Source: Octopus sinensis
Taxonomy: Eukaryota
Assembly (NCBI RefSeq): GCF_006345805.1
Contig: NC_043005.1
Coordinates: forward strand, 76,446,001-76,510,000
Length of the DNA stretch: 64,000 bases
Direction of reading: 5' to 3'
Made by a program: the position numbers and the translations under genes. A model generated the notes under the pieces. It made no database searches and had not been told where the DNA came from. It saw only the letters and a program-made list of their open reading frames with translations. Shown here one piece after another: positions 53,855-64,000 of the stretch (positions within the stretch are counted from its first letter, which is position 1; each line of letters starts with the position of its first letter).

Positions 53855-54005
53855 TGTCTGTCCCCCTACCATCGCTAGACAACTGATGTTGGTGTGTTTA
53901 CGTCCACGTAACTTCGTGGTTTGACAGAAAGACTAATAGATTAAGTACAAGGCTTACAAAAATAAGTCCTGGGGTTGACTTGTTCGACTAAACAAATAAA
54001 AGAAT
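53317..54005 (+). mobile_element. SINE family A split by a CR1-like fragment
   Basis: 5' half 53317-53462; 3' half from (TG)n at 53812. Confidence 0.85.
53463..53810 (+). mobile_element. 5'-truncated CR1-group LINE 3' end
   Basis: FKIHPRLG...LRHNY...IP...DPIKFKRSLDKFL...DQPPTPGY...NSLLEW followed by a (TCAAAGTTA)2 tail. Confidence 0.8.
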
Positions 54006-54171
54006 ATCATTAAAATGTTTTAACCTATGAAAATGCTCAAAGAGACACATGCAAATCGTCAGTAAGAAGGCCATTCACTGTGTTTTGTTATAGAGAAAAA
54101 CTCTCGTTGTTGAGACAAATGGTGTAAGTACAAAGCCCCAAGCATATTTGAACAGGAAATAACCTTGTATA

Positions 54172-54223
<52 letters not shown>

Positions 54224-54410
54224 TTATAATTTAGGGTATCTAAGAGATAGCAGCCAAAACTCGACTCTAAAACCACATTAAATGTCATACAGCACCCTAA
54301 ATTATAATTTCAATAATAATTATTACCTTTGAAGGTTTTTATTCCCATGCTGGCTACTTGATAAGATTGATATTTAAATTATCGATCTTATCCTTATTTA
54401 TATAAATTTA

Positions 54411-54456
<46 letters not shown>

Positions 54457-54637
54457 CATATATGTGTGTGTATGTGTGTTCGGTACATTAGCATACCCGC
54501 AAAAATTGAAAAGAATGAAAGAATACACACACACACATATATATGTAGAATATTTATATATAAAAATGCATATATTTAAATACGTATATAATACATATCT
54601 CTATCTAACTCTCTATCTATCTATCTATCTATCTATC

Positions 54638-54697
<60 letters not shown>

Positions 54698-54840
54698 GTT
54701 TTTAGATGTATTATATAGTAGACTTTCGTTAGCATGTGAGCCAGAGGGAAGAAAATTTGTACTACTATGAGAACAAACTCTACAAAGGCAACAACTTCCT
54801 CCCTTAGTTGATAGTTTATCAAAAGAGTTAGTTGTATGTC

Positions 54841-55247
54841 GGTGTGCTGGCAGAAACGTTAGCACGTCGGGCGAAATGCTTAGCAGTATTTCGTCTGCCG
54901 CTACGTTCTGAGTTCAAATTCCGCCGAGGTCGACTTTGTCTTTCATCTTTTCGGGATTGATTAAATAAGTACCATTTACGCACTGGGGTCGATATAATCG
55001 ACTTAATCCTTTTATCTGTCCTTGTTTGTCCTCTCTGTGTTTAGCCCCTTGTAGGTAGTAAAGAAATAGGTATTTCGTCTGCTGCTACGTTCTGAGTTCA
55101 AATTCCGCCGAGGTAGACCTTGCTTTTCATCCTTTCGGAGTCGATTAAATAAGTGCCAGTTACGCACTGGGATCAATGTTATCGACTTAACCCCCTTGTT
55201 TGTCCCCTCTATGTTTAGTCCCGTGTGGGCAATAAAGAAATAAAGAA
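54841..55247 (+). mobile_element. SINE family D dimer
   Basis: AAAGAAATAG|GTATTTCGTC junction near 55060-55080; two complete tails. Confidence 0.9.
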
Positions 55248-55461
55248 AATATTGTTTTGTTTTCTGGAGAAGTGGAGAAAGTGGACGTTTCGGGTGAATG
55301 CCTTTTGATGGCGAATGTTGAACTGGCGGAAGAGGAAAATATAAGTGACTAGAATTCGTGGTAATTAGACTGAAACTGGATGAGGAAGTAAGCGCGGTTG
55401 ATAACATATGTGAAATGAGGTGAGTGGGTGCGGAATGTGAGAGAAGAGAAAAAAGAGGAGT

Positions 55462-55497
<36 letters not shown>

Positions 55498-55559
55498 GGG
55501 TAAGGTTGGGAAGTGGTAGGACAAAGGTCACAAAGCCGTTGTAAGATCAAACCAATAGG

Positions 55560-55965
55560 ATGCAAATTCCACCAAAATAAACTTTACATTAAGAAGTGGA
55601 ACGTAGAATTTCCTGTAATTCAGATCGCTCATGGTCCCAGCCGACAAAATGGAAAAGACGTTGCCCCGGACGATGGCGAGTGGGATGCGCTGACACAGCC
55701 ACTCTGACTCATAGACTCGTACTTGTGGATTGCCATCACCACCCCGATAGTGGTGTGCAGGGATATGGTCCAGGGTTCGAGAATGCTGGAGTCTTCCACT
55801 GCCACAGGTTCGCCCATAAACCCGTGAAAGAGCGACCTGGAGAATTGAAATGCGATGAGAGGTAACAGAAAGAACGATATTTCGAACGATAATGCCGTTA
55901 TAACCACCAGGTCGTCATTGACAAGTAGACTTATTGTCAAAGGCATTCCACCCATGACGATCACC
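55560..55965 (-). pseudogene. Decayed CRE-like non-LTR retrotransposon, restriction-like endonuclease C-terminus
   Basis: Minus frames give EPVAVE.S.IL.P.TI and, after a frameshift, EWLCQRIPLAIVRGNVFSIL, matching the P.A.E..G and QRIS.AI.RGN..IL signature. Confidence 0.7.
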
Positions 55966-56811
55966 TCTAGTTTCTTCTTTCTAGACTACATTATCCAATA
56001 CATTTAAAAAAATAGTATTGTTATTTAAGGGTGATTGACTGCATTTCTATGACCATATACTGATCCCCACGTTCTTTCTCTTCCTGGATGTATCATATTT
56101 GAGTGAACATACCTATCATCTAAAGCGTGCCATCAGTGAACATCAACCTGGTTCTATATCAGGGACTATATTCCTTTCATTTAAAACTATAGCATGACTC
56201 GAAAGAATTCTTCTGCTATTTCTAGCAGGTCATGCAACCGCCTTGAGTCTTTATTATTATCAAGCATTCTTGCTTAATCCCAGATAGATCTTGATCGAGG
56301 ACAACTGCACCCAAATACGTTCCAACAATGATCGACATATATTCTTTCACAGGCATCCAATGGAGGTTTTAGATATTTTGTTTAATGCTGTAATAAGTGA
56401 ATTATGCGAACTTCGTTAACATTTCTATCAAGGCATGAAACCACACATGGGAACCTTGTTAACTTGCTGCAAGCATTATATAATAAGAAGAAACTTATCC
56501 AGTTATCAGACTGTAATATCATTTTTAGATTCAATTCCTGATTGAATTAATATATTCTTGTCATCAAGAAAGGCATGAACATCACATAATGCGAATATCC
56601 TAAGAGAAAAAATATATCTTTGCTTTTATTAGACTTATCTAATCTAAAGTACTTTAATTTTAAAGGCAATTCCTTCCAAGATAATCCAAGAGTTAAGGTA
56701 AGTAGAATCAGTCATAAAAAATCCTAAGAGACAATATATAAACCAATATTCAAATAATAGAAAATAGAAGAGTTTATAAGATGCATCTTTTAATATCGAC
56801 TGATTGCAAGA

Positions 56812-56862
<51 letters not shown>

Positions 56863-57075
56863 CGTATGTAATCTCTTGCATCGAAATTCGTAAAATGTAT
56901 TTGATGAAAAAGAAATTATAAGGATGTTTACGTATGAACATATGTGTATGCATGCACGTGTGTATGTATGTATGAGGGAATGTATTTAATCTGTAATAGT
57001 ATTATATGTAAATATATATATGTATATATATCGACAAGTATGTATGTAGAATATATGTAAACATAAATATTAATG

Positions 57076-57122
<47 letters not shown>

Positions 57123-58341
57123 GAATGTATGTATGTATGTATGTATGTGTTTTTATGCATTTATACACATGTACATACACACACACAAACAAACAAACAC
57201 GCATACAGACAGAAGCTGCTTTGTAAGTAGGTTAACATTTAAATATGTTTTAGATTCGGAAGCCTAAGAGAATTATGGATCATACATGCATCAGCGTAGA
57301 TACGACACATACGCATACACACGTGTGTACCTATGTATGCAAGTGTATATAATTGTAGAGGTTATGCGTGTGGATTAATAGTTATATTGATTAATTTTGC
57401 ACATTATTCCTTCTGTTGTCTTCGTTATGTATCTCTGAAGCTTGCATGTTAGTTCTCTTCGATATTCAAAAAACAATTGATGTGCAACTGAAGACAGGAT
57501 AAACCTAAATAGAGATAGTTAGTCATTTTGTCTTCTAAATCTTTATAACAATAGCCAAACAATATATATCGTACCATCTCATTCTTTCTGTTAATACTCA
57601 TTCTTGCTAATATATTAAACGACTACGAAATTTACAGAACAAGATTACAGTAGGTTTTCCTTGCAGTCACAATTCGACTCATCACAAGCGACTAAACCAT
57701 CGGCATACAATCCAGTTAAGTGGATTCTACTCGTCTTTTCCTCGTCAAAGTAATCCCACGCCCGATTGATCACAATTTCTCAGACCTTGAGCGTTTTGAT
57801 CGAACTTCTCTCTGTTGCATGAATACTGATTAAATCTTCAGTCTGAAAATAAACCAATGTAGTTTTCTCCCACTCATTTTCCTGTCCAGTTCCGGAAGTA
57901 TTACAAATTTCCCAGACAAACCTTCACCGCCGTCCTTTGACAATCTAAAAATATCATGTCTGAAAAATATCGCTTGTGTTTAATCTATGAATGTAATACG
58001 TACTGAAATACTATATTCATTATCTCTGCTAAGTATCGTTTCGTTTATGATTTTGTTATTGTTTCCGATTTAAAAATATCTCCAAGACTTATTATCTTCT
58101 AACACCCACCTAATTTTTACACGCAGGATAACTTTGAATTATTCTAAGTTTTTTTTTTTCTAGTCTAATATCACGATTCATTCCTAATTACCTTCAAGTA
58201 CTTTAAACAGATTAATTGAAATAAACAGATAAATTCTGCTTTCTGTTGTTGAATAATTTGTCTCATGAATAAATTGTCGTGAGGATAGGATTTCATTAAA
58301 TAACTTTCAGTGGAGAAATAACCAGGCATATATATATATAT

Positions 58342-58577
58342 ATACTCTTTTACTCTTTTACTTGTTTCAGTCATTTGACTGCGGCCATGCTGGAGCACCG
58401 CCTTTAGTCGAGCAAATCGACCCCGGGACTTATTCTTTGTAAGCCCAGTACTTATTCTATCGGTCTCTTTTGCCGAACCGCTAAGTGACAGGGACGTAAA
58501 CACATCAGCATCGGTTGTCAAGCAATGCTAGGGGGGACAAAGACACACAAACACATACACACACACACAGACACACA
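58342..58577 (-). mobile_element. SINE family A 3' half, very close to consensus
   Basis: TACTCTTTTACTCTTTTACTTGTTTCAGTCATTTGACTGCGGCC...; joins the Tc1 copy at the (CA)n. Confidence 0.9.
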
Positions 58578-59684
58578 TTCTTCAACTAAAACAGTCTCCA
58601 GTTCTTGTAGTGATGATAGTGAAGGGTATCGACTCCTTATTTGTTTTTCTAAAATGCACCATAAGTGTTCAATAATATTGAGATCTGGGGACTGTGGTGG
58701 CCAGATAAGATGTTCAAGTTCACTAGAATGTTCCTCATGCCATTCAGTAACAACTTTAGCTGTGTGAATTGGTGTATTATCATCCTGAAGGATTGCCTTT
58801 TACTGCGGAAACAGTTCCGCAACCACAGGATGAATTTGATTAGATAAAATGCTTAAATAGTGTTGAAAGGAAACCATTGGGCCGGCGAATTCCCAAGATA
58901 TATCCCCTCACCCCAGATCGACACAGATGCTCCTCCGTGTTTAACAGTTGGAAGAAGGCAGTCTTGGTCAAATGCTTCTTTTGGCCGTCTCCACACGTAT
59001 ACTCGGCCGGTGGCCGGAAATAAGGTAAAGTATGACTCGTCCGAGAAAATAACATTCTTCCACTGCTCTAGGGACCAATCGTGTAGTTATTTCTCCGCTG
59101 AAAACGCTTTGCAACGTTTGTTTTTGAAAGTAGTGGTTTTCTGATTGCAGCCCTCTCGGGAAATCCAACTTTGTGCAGCTCCTGGCGAACAGTTTTTGTG
59201 GTAACTGGGTTCTCGAGGTGATCATTAAGCTCTGCAGTAATTCTGGGAGCTGTACTTTTGTGATATTTTCTAACAATTCGTGTAAGACTCTGACGGTCCC
59301 TATCTGAAAGTTTTGGTTTTCTTACGGAGTTTTATTTCGACGAGGAGGTTTTCCCCTCGTTCTCAAAAGCTGTCATTACTTTCGAGACAGTACTTCTTGA
59401 TGCAGCAAACGTTTCAACTGCTGTTTTCGTTACGCTAACGCCTGCCATACGAGCACCAACAACTTGACATCTTTGCAAAACCGATAGATCTGTAGTTTTA
59501 ACGAATTTTATTTACTTTTTCTGATGTTATCTGAAAAAAACCCCAGCAATTTTAGCAAAACATATTAAGCAACTCTAATAATAAATTTTAAAAAAATAAA
59601 AATAAACAAGCATTTGGCGGTTTTACAGATATATCAAAATTATGATGCTATGATGCTAGGTGTTTCCATTATTTTGTCCCCCCC
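58578..59684 (-). mobile_element. Second Tc1 copy of the same family, 3'-truncated
   Basis: 5' TIR at 59661-59684; transposase remnants including SPDLNIIEHLW (catalytic E retained). Confidence 0.93.
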
Positions 59685-60170
59685 TCTCTCTCTCTCTCTA
59701 TATATATATATAGTTCAAATTTACTGAAAGCAAAAGACAGAGCAAGGGTGGGAAAATCAGGTAGGTGTATTAATTTGACATTCGGGAAGAATGGAATGAC
59801 TTTTCGAGCTTATGCTCTTTAACAAAAAGGGATGAGAGGGGGGAAAATGTGAGAGAGAGATAAAAACGGAAGGAGAAAAAATGTGTCAGGATTAACAGTT
59901 ATGTGTGTGTGTGTATGTGTGTGTGTGTATGTGTGTGTGTGTGTGTGTGTGTGATTCTTGTTGAACAATTTTCGTCACTATTTCTCAGTGGAAACCTCAT
60001 TTTTAAAATAAAGAAGAATTACACATGCAGAGACATTCCACAGGTGTCATTTTTTCTTAGGTTACCAATGCTCTTACGATGAAAACAATTGCACGCCCTT
60101 ACACAAACATACACACACAAACACACACATACACAAACACTCACACACATTTGCACTTACACATAATATA

Positions 60171-60655
60171 CTTATTTCTTTATTGCCCACAGAGTGCTAA
60201 ACATAGAAGGGACAAATAAGGACAGACAAACGGATTAAGTCGATTACATCGACCTCAGTGCGTAAATGGTACTTATTTAATCGACCCTGGAAAGGATGAA
60301 AGGAAAAGTCAATCTCGGCGGAATTTGAACTCAGTACCTAGCGGCTAACGAAATACAGCTAAGCTTTTCGCCTGGCATGCTAACGTTTCTACCAGCTCGC
60401 CGCCTTTACACATACACATAATATATATTTCTTTACTACCCACAAGGGGCTAAACATAGAAGGGACAAACAAAGACAGATAAACAGATTAAGTCGATTAC
60501 ATCGACCCAGTGCGAAACTGGTACTTTATTTATCGACCCCGAGAGGATGAGAGGAAAAGTCGACCTCGGCGGAATTTGAACTCAGAGCGTAACGACAGAC
60601 GAAATACCGCTAAGCATTTCGCCTGGCACGCTAACGTTTCTGCCAGCTCGCCGCC
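60171..60655 (-). mobile_element. Two tandem family D SINE monomers (60171-60404 and 60426-60655)
   Basis: Both complete; 12-mer ACACATAATATA at 60159, 60414 and 60662. Confidence 0.9.
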
Positions 60656-61626
60656 TTACATACACATAATATATTTGAGTGACTATGCTCATCTGCAAAG
60701 ACAAAGAACGGTAGAGAGCAACAGTACTGTCCCAGATGTAGTTGCTGTACTTCACTGTGTGTGGTACATGATCTTCGTAATACTGTAGTAACTGTCTAAA
60801 AAATCATAAATAGAAGTATATACTGATATGAATCAGTATACCCCGTATATTCTTACGTCAGACAGAGGAGTCGAACATAGCATTGCCAGATCTATTAAGA
60901 GGATATCACTGCTTGGTTCCTGTCTGTCGGCCATTTCCCCCTCATCTAAACAATCTGGTTTGTCAGAAGATATCAACGTTTATCGCTTTATTGCACATTA
61001 AGTATTGGCATTACAACTGTCCATCACAAATTACATTGTGTTTGCACAAGTATCTTTAATGATAAACTTAATAATCCAATTTAAAAGTGATGCTGTTTTA
61101 TAAAATAAAGCTACATGAAGCTACAAATATTTTTGTATTGATCTCCCGCGAGTCCATAAATTTCCAAATCTCTTAAATGCAGCCAATATTTGAATTACAG
61201 CATGTTGCTTTGGTATTCGCTTACGCAAAGGCAAAACAAATAAATAAGTGAATAAATAAAAGCATAAATATAAAAAAAAAACGAAAAATGAAATTAAAAC
61301 TCCCACGAGGGATTTGTTTTATTGATATCACCATGACTCATCGAGCATATAATAGGAGTTTTGCGTTAATTAGCCACATCCAAGCTAATAACGGTTGCCT
61401 TGACAACGACATGTTAGCACAAACAATAGATATTTTATTGCGTCATTCAATTCCGCACGAGATTCTACACGAGATGATGATGTAACAACAAGACATATGA
61501 AACAACGATGAAATATATATGTGGTTATCCGACTTGCTAGAAGAAGCAGCCAAATTACCCCGTCTCTCATTGCAGCCGATCTATCTTGAAAAGCGGAAGG
61601 AAACATTTGGCAATGTACTTTATGTA

Positions 61627-61862
61627 AAGGTGCATGGCCTAATGGCAAGTGTGTTGCACTCACGATAACGAGATCTTGGGTTCGATTGCCAGACTGGCTG
61701 TGTATTGTGGTCTTCAAAATGGTTAACCTGGCGACGGATTGGATTAAAGATATGAGATGGTGACTCAGGAAAATCGCCCGAACAGAGGTTTCGCGAGTCA
61801 CGTTTTGAATTGAGCGATCTCAACCATTCCGAATGGCTGGGATTGGCTGCCAACAACAACAA
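61627..61862 (+). mobile_element. Degenerate tRNA-derived SINE with (AAC)n tail
   Basis: GCATGGCCTAATGG...GGGTTCGATTGCC A/B boxes, AACAACAAC end. Confidence 0.6.
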
Positions 61863-62180
61863 AGGTCAAATATTCTACTCTTGCTCTGATAGGTTTTATG
61901 ATTCTGGATGGAACGCCTTTAGTCATAGATATATTAAGATCAAAACCAAACAAAGGCTAAGCAGCAAGACAATATTCCTCTGATCATGGAGAATTTTTTT
62001 TACTCATGATCAAATCTCATAACTTTCATATACTATATCACTCACATAAATCAACACTCAATCAAACCAGTTTTGTAGAAAAATCATCACGTATTACAAT
62101 ATTTACGTGAGTCATGGACTGCTTTAGTCAAATCTTTATTCACTCAGTCACTTCCACATTAAGTCATATGGTCAACTTAG

Positions 62181-62221
<41 letters not shown>

Positions 62222-62330
62222 TATATATATTATATATATATATATATAGTATATATATATGTATGTATATATATATATGTATATATATATATATAATATA
62301 TATATATATACACACACATACATACATACA

Positions 62331-62537
62331 CAGTAATCCCTCGCCATATCGCGGTTCACCGATCGTGGTTTATTATTTAAGCTTACGTCGATTCCTCTGT
62401 GGTTTTTATACAAATAAATATATACAAATCATAAAAATAATAAAAATTATACAGTACAGTACTGTTTCTACTTCACGGATTTTCACCTATTATGGAAGGT
62501 TTTGGAACGTAACACCCGTGATGGTCAAGGGAATAAT
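62331..62537. mobile_element. Tigger/pogo-like MITE, degenerate
   Basis: Starts CAGTAATCCCTCGCCATATCGCGG; degenerate inverted end CCCGTGATGGTCAAGGGAATAAT. Confidence 0.6.
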
Positions 62538-62572
62538 ATATCTATCTATCTATCTATCTATATCTCTCTCTG

Positions 62573-62692
<120 letters not shown>

Positions 62693-62894
62693 ATAATAAA
62701 AGGGTAAGTAATTTTTTCGATGGTTTTTCAGACAACCAACAATTATTTACCGGTAGATTTCGGTATGTAAATATGACTTTTAGCGCCGGGAACTTCTGTG
62801 GAGTTCAGTATATATATATAGTATATAAGTAAAAGGGCAGGCAACATATATACATATATATATATAATATATATATATATTATATATATATAAT

Positions 62895-63098
62895 TATTAT
62901 TATTTGAGGAAATAAAATCCAAACTTACCAGGAAAAAGAATTCAATTTAGAAATACTAAATCAAATTCCACACAATATAATAAATATATAAAAATAATAT
63001 TAGAAAAAAACGACCTATTATATGTAATTTTCTAGATGGTGTAATTTAATTATTCATTTTGAATTGATAAAAGGTGTTTTTTTTCCTAATATTTTTCA
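62895..63098 (+). mobile_element. Degenerate Penelope-type repeat in (TA)n, relative of 28363-28598
   Basis: GGAAATAAAATCCAAACTTACCAGGAAAAA matches the reverse complement of the right end of the 28.4 kb copy. Confidence 0.5.
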
Positions 63099-63109
63099 TA
63101 TATATATAT

Positions 63110-63290
63110 ATCTACAATGTAAATCCCGTTCTGTCTGTGTGTGTGTAAAAGATTATAATGGCTGTATTTTTCAACTGATTTTCTCCAAACTGGGAACATA
63201 CATTACTTATGATCCAGGGATGGTTTTAGACTATTAAAATTTTCCACATAATGAGTAACATTATGTCCTTGGAGGGACAAAAAAATCTGT
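63110..63290 (+). mobile_element. Probable 5' part of a non-autonomous Helitron
   Basis: TC start after (TA)n, CTGTCTGTGTGT block, CAACTGATTTTCTCCAAACT motif similar to the 52460 element. Confidence 0.5.
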
Positions 63291-63574
63291 AGAAGTCCAT
63301 CGGATGGATAGTAACTGCTCTTCAATAATCCAACCATATATTCCGTGAGGCTGAATCAGCTTTACAAATAAGTGGAGGAAACTCGTGTTTTGTAGAATAC
63401 TCTGAGACGCACATGTTTGATAATGGGTATGTAGGTCACTTGGCCAAACACGTCAATGTTCATCGTCGATATCGACGGAGAATCTATCAATTATTATATA
63501 ACGTGTAATTTCTTTATTTAATTTGGTAGAGTGTGATTTGAGAGAAATCGGATTGAGGCTATAGTAGAAGATTC

Positions 63575-63680
63575 TTGCTCTGCATGGTACCTTGGGCAAG
63601 TGTCTTCTATTGTAGCCTCCAGCCGACTAAAGCCTTCTGAATAGATTTGGTGGAAGGAAACTGAAAGAAGCCTGTCGTGT
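63575..63680 (+). mobile_element. SINE family A fragment
   Basis: GGTACCTTGGGCAAGTGTCTTCTA...GAAACTGAAAGAAGCC. Confidence 0.75.
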
Positions 63681-63691
63681 GTATATATTTA

Positions 63692-63806
<115 letters not shown>

Positions 63807-64000
63807 ATATATATATATATATATATATACATACTAAGCAATAAGGGTTTAGCAACGAATTGCCTTATTGCTTAGTATTACTTAAACCCTTATTGCTTAG
63901 TATTACTTAAATTTTCCGCGAATGAGGCTTTTACATGCCGAAGACTACTTGGTGTAATTGATAATTATTCCAAATTAATTAATTTCACCCTTCATTATTA

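Noticed and set aside
56666-56697. 32-nt AG...GTAAGT exon-like segment
   Set aside because: Two frames open, no neighbouring compatible exon or homology to support it

Overview
This is AT-rich, microsatellite-dense eukaryotic genomic DNA with no operons, rRNA, tRNA genes or CRISPR arrays. The SINE repertoire and (TA)n/(CA)n/(TATC)n/(TAA)n density point to an octopus (inference from recognised repeat sequences, not a database search). Almost all supplied ORFs are microsatellite read-through. The window is dominated by mobile DNA. There are about 30 copies of at least four tRNA-derived SINE families, labelled A-D here. Non-LTR retrotransposon fragments come from several clades: Tx1/L1 inside a (TATC)n tract, R4/Dong inside (TAA)n, CRE-like, CR1-like and an unassigned RT. 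DNA elements include a decayed Helitron PIF1 helicase with non-autonomous Helitrons, two Tc1 transposons, and several mariner/pogo MITEs and fold-back elements. The most interesting signal is a set of short Penelope-type repeats in (TA)n tracts carrying minimal type-I hammerhead ribozyme motifs. One motif is fully intact (28455-28497) and two copies fold back into near-perfect palindromes at the ribozyme core. No host protein could be identified by homology. There is a phase-compatible chain of small plus-strand exon candidates (1.6-21 kb) and an ETS/CRE/YY1 promoter-like cluster near 35.9 kb; both are low-confidence hypotheses. Repeat boundaries are read by eye and may be off by several bases.
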